The notes under the pieces: model-generated | The model's database searches: none | Told to the model about the DNA's origin: nothing | The model's input: only the letters and a program-made list of their open reading frames with translations | Part shown: piece after piece, positions 1-8,895 of the stretch | Numbering within the stretch: the first letter of the stretch is position 1 | Layout of the letters: every line of letters begins with the position of its first letter | NCBI GenBank assembly: GCA_028279755.1 | Contig: JANQNB010000011.1 | Location: 4,501-68,500 of the forward strand | DNA from: Candidatus Nanoarchaeia archaeon | GTDB taxonomy: Archaea; Nanobdellota; Nanobdellia; Woesearchaeales; UBA525 | Length of the DNA stretch: 64,000 nt | Direction: 5' to 3' | Position numbers and translations under genes: made by a program

Positions 1-267
1 CTCCTGGACCTCGCGCTTCGCGACGTCGAGCTTCTTCAGAAGGTCCTGCACATTCGAGCCGAGTTCGTCGTCTTTGGCGGATTTTGGCTTCTTCTCGGGC
101 TTCTCTTCATCCTCTTTCTTCTCCTCAACCTCCAAATCTTTAGAGTCTTCTTTCGTTTCAGCCGACTCTTCTTTCGGAGTTTCAGGAATAGATTCCTCTT
201 TTGGAGTCTCTTCGGACGTCGCTATCGCAAGCGACTCTTCGGCATCAAGCTCAACTTTCTCAGTCAT
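1..267 (-). CDS. Partial CDS (runs off left edge): acidic N-terminus followed by coiled coil, hypothetical
   Basis: Manual translation from ATG 267: MTEKVELDAEES...LLKKLDVAKREVQE, open to the edge; upstream AGGTA and a TATA-like element. Confidence 0.7.
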   Translation of the reverse strand, partial: MTEKVELDAEESLAIATSEETPKEESIPETPKEESAETKEDSKDLEVEEKKEDEEKPEKKPKSAKDDELGSNVQDLLKKLDVAKREVQE

Positions 268-318
268 GGGACAGTACCTAATAGGTTGAAACATGTTTAG
301 GATTCAGAAGGAGCGAAT

Positions 319-633
319 CTATCCGAAGAGCGCGCCGAGTCCGGCAGCAGCCTCTTCAGGCTTCTTCTCTTCCTTCTTTTCCTTCTTCTCGGCAGGCGCG
401 TCGCCACCAGCTGCTTCCGCAGGTGCAGCACCGCCAGCGGCAGGTGCGGCAGCCACAGGCGCGGCGTTGGCAATTGCGTCGTCGATATTCACGTCCGCAA
501 GCGCAGCGACAAGGGCCTTGACACGACCTTCGTCAGCCTTGACTCCTGCAGCCTCGAGGACTTTCTTGATTGAACTTTCAGTGACTTCTTTCCCTGCCTT
601 GTGCAGGACCAGTGCAGCGTAGACATACTCCAT
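319..633 (-). CDS. rpl12: 50S ribosomal protein L12 (P1)
   Basis: [11 protein letters not shown] start, Ala-rich hinge, C-terminal [12 protein letters not shown]. Confidence 0.97.
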   Translation of the reverse strand: MEYVYAALVLHKAGKEVTESSIKKVLEAAGVKADEGRVKALVAALADVNIDDAIANAAPVAAAPAAGGAAPAEAAGGDAPAEKKEKKEEKKPEEAAAGLGALFG

Positions 634-654
634 TGTGTTCGCCTCCTTTGATCA

Positions 655-1659
655 TCAGCCGAACAGCGCGCCGAGTCCGGCAGCGCTGTCTTCGGGTTTT
701 TTCTCTTCTTTCTTCTCCTCTTTCGGTGCAGCCTCGGCAGCTGGTGCTGCTTCAGCAGGAGCTGCTTCTTGCGCTGCCTTGGCTTCTTGGCTCAAGGCCT
801 CATCAGGGAGCAGCCCAGTGAGAGCAAGGCTCATCGCATAGGCCTTGCTGAGGAGTGGTTTGATGGTCTCGCCGTTCACGATGCCACGGTCGAGCGCCAA
901 AGTCGTTGCGTCCATGAACGCTTTCTGGAGCAAGGGCGTGATCGTCTCTTTCGACGCCCAGCCGAGATCCATGGCGAGTCCGAACGCGTCGGTGTGTGCC
1001 TTGACAAGGTCGTTGTAGTACGCTTCCTCGTCGACATCCAATACGTCCTTGCCCAGGATCTCGCCCTTCTCAAGCACTGCCAGGAGGTCGAGGCCGATAC
1101 GCATGGGCTCGATGCCCAAACGACCCAAGAGGCCTGCGAGCTTTGCATCGACAGTGTCGCCAGCGCTCGCGACCTTGCTGTCTTCCTTGACCGCGATCTT
1201 GCCGTCCTCCACCGCGGTCTTGATGCCGACAGCGCCGAGCTCGCCGATGACAGGGCCAGGCGCGAAGCTTGTCGGACCTGCTGGCACGATGATGTCGTCA
1301 GGCGCTGTTTGGCCGCCTTTGATCGGCGCTTTCGATTGGCTTTTCTTGAGGAGCTTGAAGAGCGCAAAGGGATTCTCCTTGGTGAAGATCATGGCCGGCA
1401 TGCCCTGGATGTGCTCCTGGAGCTTGTCCAGGCCGTCCTTCTTTGCTTGTTCAAAGGCCTTGTAGATCAGGCGCCGCTTGGTCATGCGGAGCACGATGCC
1501 TTTCTCGCGCAGCTTGGCGCGCATGTCCTGCAACTGCTTTGCCGGCAGGTTTGCCATGTTCACGACACCGATGATCGGGTATTCCTCGATCAAGCCGACA
1601 AACTCTTTTACCGTAGCTTGCTTCTCTTGGCTCGGTTCGGCTGCTTTCGTCGGTGTCAT
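655..1659 (-). CDS. rpl10: 50S ribosomal protein L10 (P0)
   Basis: P0 motifs (PAGPTSFAPGP, KENPFAL), C-terminal GLGALFG, lies between L1 and L12. Confidence 0.97.
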   Translation of the reverse strand: MTPTKAAEPSQEKQATVKEFVGLIEEYPIIGVVNMANLPAKQLQDMRAKLREKGIVLRMTKRRLIYKAFEQAKKDGLDKLQEHIQGMPAMIFTKENPFALFKLLKKSQSKAPIKGGQTAPDDIIVPAGPTSFAPGPVIGELGAVGIKTAVEDGKIAVKEDSKVASAGDTVDAKLAGLLGRLGIEPMRIGLDLLAVLEKGEILGKDVLDVDEEAYYNDLVKAHTDAFGLAMDLGWASKETITPLLQKAFMDATTLALDRGIVNGETIKPLLSKAYAMSLALTGLLPDEALSQEAKAAQEAAPAEAAPAAEAAPKEEKKEEKKPEDSAAGLGALFG

Positions 1660-2303
1660 TGGATCTTCACTGGCTTGCTCATGGTGAGCTTGACAAAGAC
1701 GTGCTTCACATTGTTCTTCTCGCGCGGCAGGTGATGCACGACCTGGTCGTAGAGCGTCTTGATATTATCGATCACATCAGCCATGTCCATGCTTTCGTTT
1801 CCAGCGAGCACCTGGATGTTCGGGCTCTTCTTCGCGCTGATCTTGACCGTCTTCTGGAGCTTTTCGTAGAGTGGTCCGAGTGGCGCTTTCGGCGGCACGA
1901 TGCAGCCAGCTTTCGGGTTCGGCATTTTTCCTCTTGGTCCGAGGACCTTACCAAAGCTTGCCGCGATCTTTGGCATGATGTTTGCTTGGCCGACAAAGAA
2001 CTCGTGCTCGCTCGCGATCTTCTTCATCGCTTTCATGTCGAGCTTTGCGAATTGATCGGAGGTGACGACAGTGTCGAAGACTTTCTTGGCATCGTCTGCC
2101 ATTTCCGGACCGACGAGCGCGCACATTTTGCGCTTCTTGCCGAGCGTCTTGTGCACCTGGGTGAAGAACTCTACTTGCTCTTCTGGCTTCTTGAGATTGA
2201 GCTCTTTCAACGCGACGATAAGGTCGAATGATTGCTTGAACTTGCGCTGAGAAGCTTTCTGCAGCCCTTCGAGGGCCTCCTTGAGTTGCTTATCGTCCAT
2301 CAT
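1656..2303 (-). CDS. rpl1: 50S ribosomal protein L1
   Basis: RKFKQSFDL, GKVLGPRGKMP, VKLTMSKP motifs. Confidence 0.97.
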   Translation of the reverse strand: MMDDKQLKEALEGLQKASQRKFKQSFDLIVALKELNLKKPEEQVEFFTQVHKTLGKKRKMCALVGPEMADDAKKVFDTVVTSDQFAKLDMKAMKKIASEHEFFVGQANIMPKIAASFGKVLGPRGKMPNPKAGCIVPPKAPLGPLYEKLQKTVKISAKKSPNIQVLAGNESMDMADVIDNIKTLYDQVVHHLPREKNNVKHVFVKLTMSKPVKIQ

Positions 2304-2439
2304 TGTGAACTCCTACCGAGGTAGTTGTAGCCGCTGAGAACTGTAGGGGGTTTATAAAGCTTGCTGTTGAACGGTGTTTTTGATACTCGTTAGGTTTATA
2401 TCTGAAATGCCACTCCTAACTGGTAGAAAAGGTGATAGC

Positions 2440-2961
2440 ATGAGTTTTGAAGTCATTCATGAGACTGAAGATTATTACGGAACTGGATTCTCAAAGCGCG
2501 GCCTGAGTGCTGATGATGTTCCTTGTATTGACGCATTAGCAGATGCATTTACGGAAGCCTGGGATCCATTTCAGTCGTATCTGACTGCTTTAGGAGCAGC
2601 AATCAATCAGGAGACCCAAACCCTTGCAAGGAGACTGGGCGTTGGCGCAGCACCTGCACAAGGTGGGGGGAGCTATGTTGTCGAACGAGAGGGAGACATT
2701 TATCGCCTCCGAATGCTTGCTCCAAGGCCTGTTTTTATTGGTGGGAACCACCAGCTGCTGGCTGACTTTGTTGGCTATGTTGGAGTTGAACAAGGATCGT
2801 CTGCAGAATTTTTATGTGGTCTTGAACTGAGTCGAGGTGCTGGTTCTATCTTCGAAGAGCGTTTTGACACCATTGATGCAGGTGCTATGCATGCAGTTGC
2901 AGAGAAGTATCAACCAGCCATTGCTCGAGCGCTTGAGCAAGGTTTAGAAAAATTCAAGTAA
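2440..2961 (+). CDS. Hypothetical protein (orphan)
   Basis: ORF with AGGTGA SD before ATG 2440 and TTTATA box ~2395; no recognisable motif. Confidence 0.65.
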   Translation: MSFEVIHETEDYYGTGFSKRGLSADDVPCIDALADAFTEAWDPFQSYLTALGAAINQETQTLARRLGVGAAPAQGGGSYVVEREGDIYRLRMLAPRPVFIGGNHQLLADFVGYVGVEQGSSAEFLCGLELSRGAGSIFEERFDTIDAGAMHAVAEKYQPAIARALEQGLEKFK

Positions 2962-2962
2962 A

Positions 2963-3259
2963 CTACTCTTTTTTCTCCTGTTTCTCAGCCTTGTCTTCAC
3001 CCTCCGTCTCGAGCCACTCAGCGATGAACGCGTTCAGGTCGAAGAGCAGGTCGTTGAGCGTCTCTTCCGGCATGCCGTGGCCGAGGCAACCCTGCTCAAG
3101 GGTCTCATAGGCTGAAACGTGGCAGCCCACACAGTGCAAGCCATACTGCATCATGACGAACGCGGCTTTCGGATATTTCTGCACGATCTCGCCGATGAGC
3201 ATGTCCTTGGTGACATACTGCTCAGTGTTCTCCTTCTTGTCAGTCTTTTCTTCTGTCAT
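2963..3259 (-). CDS. DUF1858 / hybrid-cluster-associated redox disulfide domain protein
   Basis: TKDMLIGEIVQKYP...GLHCVGCHVSAYETLEQGCLGHG; start moved to ATG 3259 because the upstream part is a tRNA. Confidence 0.85.
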   Translation of the reverse strand: MTEEKTDKKENTEQYVTKDMLIGEIVQKYPKAAFVMMQYGLHCVGCHVSAYETLEQGCLGHGMPEETLNDLLFDLNAFIAEWLETEGEDKAEKQEKKE

Positions 3260-3260
3260 A

Positions 3261-3343
3261 CGCCAGTGCTCGGATTCGAACCGAGGATCCCCGAAGGGAC
3301 GTGGTCTCAAGCCACGCGCAATACCGGGCTATGCGACACTGGC
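3261..3343 (-). tRNA. tRNA-Ser (anticodon UGA)
   Basis: Cloverleaf: acceptor GCCAGTG/CACTGGC, anticodon arm CGTGG-CTTGAGA-CCACG, long variable arm, TTCGAAT T-loop, G73; no encoded CCA. Confidence 0.95.
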
Positions 3344-3387
3344 AAAAATGCTTGGTTTGGATAAGAAAAAATACTGGTTTATAAGTT

Positions 3388-3927
3388 CTATGACCCAATC
3401 CAGTAGGTGGCGCTTCGTGGAGCCACGCTGTAGCGGTTCATGTTGAGATAGCTTTTCACTAAATCCACGACATCCCAGCAGTCGCGAACAGCGAGATCTT
3501 CCGCAAGGTGCACCTGGCTGCGCTTGATGAATTTATCCGTCAACGTCCTGAGGAAATAAAAGAACACGCGGTGTTCCCAACGGTGCTCGAAATCGGTATA
3601 GAGGTTCGCGTCGAACCAAAACTCTGCGCGGCCATGCCATAGTTTCCGCTTGACGCCGTCGATTTCAACAATGCGTTCCTTCAAATTCTTGAAGAAAGCG
3701 TACACCCTAATCTCGACCTTCAGGTAATAGTTCGGCTTCTTGTACGGGATGAGCTCGACCGTGATCTGCCGCCCGGTTTCGTATACTTCCTCAAAATTCT
3801 TGGCTTCGCACCGGTCATAGCCGCGCTCGCGGAAATAATCATCGAGCGCATACCACAAGCCGTGGAGGTCGAAGAGCCCTTCGTACTGGACCTGCTTGCC
3901 GTCGACAAGGAACTTGACTTCACTCAT
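3388..3927 (-). CDS. Conserved hypothetical protein (paralog of 3932-4498)
   Basis: YEGLFDLHGLWYALDDYF...VKSYLNM pattern shared with the upstream ORF. Confidence 0.8.
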   Translation of the reverse strand: MSEVKFLVDGKQVQYEGLFDLHGLWYALDDYFRERGYDRCEAKNFEEVYETGRQITVELIPYKKPNYYLKVEIRVYAFFKNLKERIVEIDGVKRKLWHGRAEFWFDANLYTDFEHRWEHRVFFYFLRTLTDKFIKRSQVHLAEDLAVRDCWDVVDLVKSYLNMNRYSVAPRSATYWIGS

Positions 3928-3931
3928 TGCG

Positions 3932-4498
3932 TCACCACGGTGCCTGATGCTTGGTCGTCATATTCAAGCACTCCTTTATCACTGTTGCGATGTCTTGCGC
4001 CCTATACTGGTAGACATCAACCACTTCCATCTCTGCCTCACGCCATTTCACTTCCATGAAGAGCTTGCCCAGCCACTTCCGGAACTTGCCGCCTTTTCCC
4101 CCTCGGGTGAAATATCCTGCCCTGTCTGCGATAGCGTAATCCCAGATCGTGAATTGCGCCATCGCATTGATGATCTTTCGTGGCTCGCCGTTGACCATGA
4201 CTTCCTGGCTGGAGCAATGCCACATCTCGACCTTGATCTTATAACCCTCGCTCCAGAACTCGTCGACATCGCGCTGGGCGTACCAATCAGCCTTGATGCG
4301 CTTGCCTGTATCCTTGATCCTGTTCTCGTACCAGCGAAAGCGCCGTTGCTCGAACCAGCGTTGCAAGGTGCGATAGAGATAGGTGAAATCGAACGGGCCT
4401 TTGAATCGTACGACGATCTTGGCCTGCCCTGAATACTGGTCGCCCGGTAGGCCGCTTGATCGCTCGCCCGGCTGCATCGGGCTGATGCCGATTCCCAT
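3932..4498 (-). CDS. Conserved hypothetical protein (paralog of 3388-3927)
   Basis: FKGPFDFTYLYRTLQRWF...IKECLNM; GAGGA SD; 4 nt from the next gene. Confidence 0.8.
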   Translation of the reverse strand: MGIGISPMQPGERSSGLPGDQYSGQAKIVVRFKGPFDFTYLYRTLQRWFEQRRFRWYENRIKDTGKRIKADWYAQRDVDEFWSEGYKIKVEMWHCSSQEVMVNGEPRKIINAMAQFTIWDYAIADRAGYFTRGGKGGKFRKWLGKLFMEVKWREAEMEVVDVYQYRAQDIATVIKECLNMTTKHQAPW

Positions 4499-4642
4499 CT
4501 ACTGTCCTCTCTATTGCTCTGTCGTTACTGTGGTCTGTTTATCGACCTGAGCGTTTATAAAGCTATCGTTTTCTCTCAGCACTGCCGAAAAGGTCTTGGC
4601 GAGCAGAGCATTTATAAATCGCTGGAGCTCTGACTGCCAGAA

Positions 4643-5569
4643 ATGAGACTGATACTGCTCCTCTTCCTGGTCCTCACAGCCTGCACAGCGCAGGAACACG
4701 TGTTCATAGATCGGGAGAGCGTGATCCCAAGCGACGCTGTCAAGATCACGCCGGAAATGGACAAGCACCCACCAGTCCTGCACAGCGACCAGTTTGAGGA
4801 ACCAGTGCCGCTCGCCCCGCCGATCAACACTGCAGGGGCGGAAGACTCGCCCTTCATCACTGCCGACGGAAGGGAGTTGTATTTCTTCTACACACCAGAT
4901 GTTTCGATTCCTGCCGAAGGACAAGTGGGGGACGGCGTCACCGGCATTTATGTTTCCAAACAGTTGAACGGTGCGTGGCAAACGCCAGAACGGGTCTGGC
5001 TCCAAGATCCCGGCAAACTCTCGCTCGATGGATGCTTTTTTGCCCGCAATACGCAATCATGGTTCTGCACTGCACGCGAAGGCTATACTGGCATCCACTG
5101 GTTCACCGCCCGCATGATCGATGGGGTGTGGCAGGACTGGGAAGAAGTGCATCCTTCCTGGCTCTTGAAGGAAGTGGGCGAGCTGCACATCTGGAATGAT
5201 CAGATCTATTTCCACTCGTCGCGCAGCCCTGGACTTGGAAACTACGACATCTGGATGGCAGAATTGGCTGGCGGCGTGGTGCAAGAGCCAGTCAATATCG
5301 AAGCAGTGAACAGCCAAGAAAGTGATGGCTGGCCGTATCTCACAGAGGACGGGAATGAATTATGGTTCACTCGCACCTATCGTGGCACACCAGGAATCTT
5401 CAGATCAGTGAAAGACGACGATGAATGGCAAGCGCCAGAGCTCATTGTGTCGCAGTTCGCCGGCGAACCGACAATGGACCCTGAAGGCAACCTGTACTTT
5501 GTGCACCATTTCTACGACGAGGGCGTCATGCTCGAAGCAGATATCTATGTGGCGTATCGGAAAAACTAG
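4643..5569 (+). CDS. Lipoprotein-like beta-propeller (PD40/TolB-like repeats)
   Basis: Signal peptide with lipobox LTA-C; repeats PINTAGAEDSPFITADGRELYF and AVNSQESDGWPYLTEDGNELWF. Confidence 0.8.
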   Translation: MRLILLLFLVLTACTAQEHVFIDRESVIPSDAVKITPEMDKHPPVLHSDQFEEPVPLAPPINTAGAEDSPFITADGRELYFFYTPDVSIPAEGQVGDGVTGIYVSKQLNGAWQTPERVWLQDPGKLSLDGCFFARNTQSWFCTAREGYTGIHWFTARMIDGVWQDWEEVHPSWLLKEVGELHIWNDQIYFHSSRSPGLGNYDIWMAELAGGVVQEPVNIEAVNSQESDGWPYLTEDGNELWFTRTYRGTPGIFRSVKDDDEWQAPELIVSQFAGEPTMDPEGNLYFVHHFYDEGVMLEADIYVAYRKN

Positions 5570-6258
5570 AATTTCTCGTGAAGCTCAGTCGGCTGGCCAG
5601 AGTCGTGCAAGGCTTGCTTGAACGCACGGTCCAAGGCAGCAAGCTCTTCGAGTACCTGCTCGCGGAGGGTCGGCGAGCTCCTGCCAATCCATCTCTTTAT
5701 TTCCTCACGCCATTCGCCCAGTTCTTTATGCACCTGTGGCTCATCGCCGAATATTGATGGTGCGTTAGATCCGAATATCTCGTGTGAGACTCCCGTGAAC
5801 GTGCGGACGCCATTTTCGACAGTTGATGCGTATATTCCCACTGTGTCTGACAAATCTCGATATACGAGGCGGAGGTCTTCTGATCCGTTGAACTCACTCA
5901 AACCCAGCTTGATCGCGAGGCTTGCGGTTCTCAGCCCAGCAAGCTGTCGCCGAAATATCATACGTGGTAAATACTTGCGAAAGGGTTCGAACAGTTCACG
6001 CAGCCGTTCAGGTTCTGTGTTTTGGTAATCTATTTGACTGAGTAAGCTCACTGCATCTCCAAACATCGTCCACTGTTTATTCAGCAATTCCCGTATTGTC
6101 TGTGCTACATGCACACCATGCGTGCCTGGCAGATTGGAAAGTGGCAGGTAGTGACGACTGTCAGTGTGCCGGAGCGTGTGAACACGACCGTACTCATCAG
6201 CCCTGCTCCCCAGATACACGCCGCGCGCGATCGGCGCTTCCATAAGACCTGCAACCAT
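5566..6258 (-). CDS. Hypothetical protein (orphan)
   Basis: Long ORF; ATG 6258 lies ~24 nt from a TTTTATA box. Confidence 0.6.
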   Translation of the reverse strand: MVAGLMEAPIARGVYLGSRADEYGRVHTLRHTDSRHYLPLSNLPGTHGVHVAQTIRELLNKQWTMFGDAVSLLSQIDYQNTEPERLRELFEPFRKYLPRMIFRRQLAGLRTASLAIKLGLSEFNGSEDLRLVYRDLSDTVGIYASTVENGVRTFTGVSHEIFGSNAPSIFGDEPQVHKELGEWREEIKRWIGRSSPTLREQVLEELAALDRAFKQALHDSGQPTELHEKF

Positions 6259-6354
6259 GACTACTCGGAAATGAATATACTGTATAAAAGCTTTCCTGCT
6301 TTTCACCTGACGAACGCAGCAAGCTTTTTAAACAATCCACTGCTCTTCCCGTGC

Positions 6355-7806
6355 ATGACAGACAAGTCCAACGAACAGGACACGAAAGGCCTCACCGTCA
6401 CCAAGGCAGGCGACATGCCGGAATGGTACACGCAAGTATGCCTCAAAGCTGAGCTTGCAGACTATGCCCCGATCAAGGGCTGCATGGTGATCCGCCCGCT
6501 CGGCTACGCGCTCTGGCAAGCGATCCAAGACCAGCTCAACGCGTACATCCAAGAAGACGGCGTCACGAATGCCTACTTCCCCCTGTTCATCCCTGAAAGC
6601 TTCTTCTCGAGAGAGGCGGAGCACGCTGAAGGTTTCAAGCCAGAAGTCGCGTGGGTCGACAATAAGGATGACAAGAACGGCGAACGCTTCGCGATCCGGC
6701 CGACCAGCGAGACCATCATGTATGACAGCTACGGCAAGTGGATCAGGAGCTGGCGCGACCTGCCTTTGAAGATCAACCAGTGGTGCAACATCGTCCGCTG
6801 GGAAGTCCAGGACGTCAAGCTCTTCCTCAGAAGCAGGGAGTTCCTCTGGCAGGAAGGCCATTGCGTCTACGAGACAGCAGACGAATGCCACAAGGAAACG
6901 CTGCATTACCTTGAACGCTATCGGCAGATCGCTGAAGAGCTGCTCGCCATCCCAGTCATCATGGGCCTGAAAAGCGAACGCGAAAAATTCGCCGGCGCAA
7001 TCAGGACATACACCATCGAATCACTGATGCCAGACGGCAAGGCACTCCAAATGGGCACGAGCCATGACCTGAGCCAGGGCTTTGCCAAAGCGTTCGACAT
7101 CAGCTTCCAGGACAAGGACGGCAAGAGCAGCATGCCTTGGCAGAACAGCTGGGGCATGAGCACGAGAATGATCGGCGCCATCGTGCTCACGCACGGCGAC
7201 GACAAAGGCCTGGTGCTGCCGCCGAGAGCAGCGCCCAACAAAGTCGCGGTAGTTCCGATCATCTTCGAAAAGCAGAAAACCGAAATCATCAAGGCAGCTG
7301 AAGAAGTCGGCACACTCCTCAAGGAATTCACACCGATCGTGGACACGCGAGACGAGTACACTAGCGGCTGGAAGTTCAACGAGTACGAGCTCAAGGGGAT
7401 TCCGCTCCGCATCGAGGTCGGACCGAAGGACATGGAGAAGAAACAAGCGGTCGTCGTCCGAAGAGACACTGGCACGAAAGAATTCGTACCGCTCACAAAA
7501 CTCAAGCAGCACGTCGCAGAGACGCTCGAGCAGATGCACACAGAACTCTACGACAAAGCGAAACAACGCATCGCAGCAGACACTGTCGAGGTCACGGACT
7601 TTGCCGGGTTCGAGAAAGCCATCGAAGATCGCAAGATGGTGCACACGACCCATTGCGGCGACGACGACTGCGAACTTGTGATCAAGGAAAAGACAGCAGC
7701 GACAACGCGCTGCATCCCGTTCAAGAGCGGTGACGTGAAGGGAAAGAAGTGCGTGCATTGCGACAAAGCGGCACAGCACGCTATCTATTTCGCGCGCGCC
7801 TACTAG
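6355..7806 (+). CDS. proS: Proline--tRNA ligase, archaeal/eukaryotic type
   Basis: RPTSET, FLRSREFLWQEGH, QNSWGMSTR, C-terminal Cys/Zn domain ending FARAY; leaderless ATG 6355. Confidence 0.97.
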   Translation: MTDKSNEQDTKGLTVTKAGDMPEWYTQVCLKAELADYAPIKGCMVIRPLGYALWQAIQDQLNAYIQEDGVTNAYFPLFIPESFFSREAEHAEGFKPEVAWVDNKDDKNGERFAIRPTSETIMYDSYGKWIRSWRDLPLKINQWCNIVRWEVQDVKLFLRSREFLWQEGHCVYETADECHKETLHYLERYRQIAEELLAIPVIMGLKSEREKFAGAIRTYTIESLMPDGKALQMGTSHDLSQGFAKAFDISFQDKDGKSSMPWQNSWGMSTRMIGAIVLTHGDDKGLVLPPRAAPNKVAVVPIIFEKQKTEIIKAAEEVGTLLKEFTPIVDTRDEYTSGWKFNEYELKGIPLRIEVGPKDMEKKQAVVVRRDTGTKEFVPLTKLKQHVAETLEQMHTELYDKAKQRIAADTVEVTDFAGFEKAIEDRKMVHTTHCGDDDCELVIKEKTAATTRCIPFKSGDVKGKKCVHCDKAAQHAIYFARAY

Positions 7807-7837
7807 ACTTAAAAACACTTCTCGCTTCCTTTCTTGC

Positions 7838-8866
7838 ATGATCGAGATCGATGGCACGCACGGCGAAGGTGGCGGCGCGATCCTGCGAACAGCGCTCGCA
7901 CTGAGTACGATCACCGGCAAGCCGTTCCGGATCACAAACATCAGGCACGGCCGACCTCAACCAGGACTCAAGCGGGAACATCTCTACTGCATCCGCATTC
8001 TCCAAGAACTCAGCGGCGCGAAAGTCGAAGACGCGCACCTGGAAAGCGAGCAGATTACCTTCATCCCAGGCGAGATCAAGAACAAGAAAGTCCTGTACGA
8101 CCTCGAGACAGCAGCAAGCGCGACGCTCGTGAGCCAGTGTATCATCCTCGCGACGATCTTCTCAGGGAAACGCGTGCACCTCACACTGCAAGGCGGCACT
8201 GACGTCAAATGGAGCATTCCTGCAGACTACCTCGCGAACGTGCTCGCGCCAATGCTCAAGCCAATAGGCGACGTGAAAGTGAACATCAGGAAACGCGGCT
8301 ACTTCCCCAAAGGACAGGGCGTGCTCGAACTCACAGTCAAGGGACACGACCGCCACGAGGGCAGCACACTCCCACGGCTCGAATTCGTCGAGCGCGGCAA
8401 CCTGCTCAAGATCGAAGGCGTGGCGCACGCATCCGCAGAACTCGAAGCAGCAGACGTGGCCAGACGCCTGAAAGAGATGGCTGAACTCTCGTTCAACACG
8501 CTCAACAAGCCGACAATGGTACGCCAGGAATACTCGCAGACACACAGCACCGGCGCAATCCTCACACTCTGGGCACGCTGCGGCAAGACCATCCTGGCCA
8601 GCGACGCACTCGGCGAGAAAGGCGTCCCCGCAGAAAAGCTCGCAGAACGCGCAGCAAAAGAGCTCAAAGACCTGCTCGCGAGCGAAGCGGTCGTCGACCC
8701 ATACCTCGCAGACCAGCTCATCCCCTACCTTGGCATGTGCGGCGGCGCGCTCAAGACCAGCACGATCACCGAACATGTGAAGAGCAACATCTACGTCACA
8801 GAGCAATTCCTCGACGCCACTTTCCTCGTCGACGAGACAGAAGCCATCGTGCAATGCGGAGAGTAA
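7838..8866 (+). CDS. rtcA: RNA 3'-terminal phosphate cyclase
   Basis: IDGTHGEGGG, RPQPGL, GGTDV, RGYFPKG, YLADQL, catalytic His in TEHVKSN. Confidence 0.95.
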   Translation: MIEIDGTHGEGGGAILRTALALSTITGKPFRITNIRHGRPQPGLKREHLYCIRILQELSGAKVEDAHLESEQITFIPGEIKNKKVLYDLETAASATLVSQCIILATIFSGKRVHLTLQGGTDVKWSIPADYLANVLAPMLKPIGDVKVNIRKRGYFPKGQGVLELTVKGHDRHEGSTLPRLEFVERGNLLKIEGVAHASAELEAADVARRLKEMAELSFNTLNKPTMVRQEYSQTHSTGAILTLWARCGKTILASDALGEKGVPAEKLAERAAKELKDLLASEAVVDPYLADQLIPYLGMCGGALKTSTITEHVKSNIYVTEQFLDATFLVDETEAIVQCGE

Positions 8867-8895
8867 TCTTTTAATACAGCAAGCATCTCCAGGGC

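Noticed and set aside
319..720. Near-identical ~60-nt repeat at the ends of rpl10 and rpl12
   Set aside because: This is the well-known shared C-terminal stalk motif of P0/P1 proteins
3260..3310. N-terminal extension of the DUF1858 ORF in the track
   Set aside because: It is tRNA-Ser sequence
3261..3343. 'TGA' tRNA as a suppressor or selenocysteine tRNA
   Set aside because: The anticodon UGA reads UCA (Ser); a UGA-stop reader would need anticodon UCA
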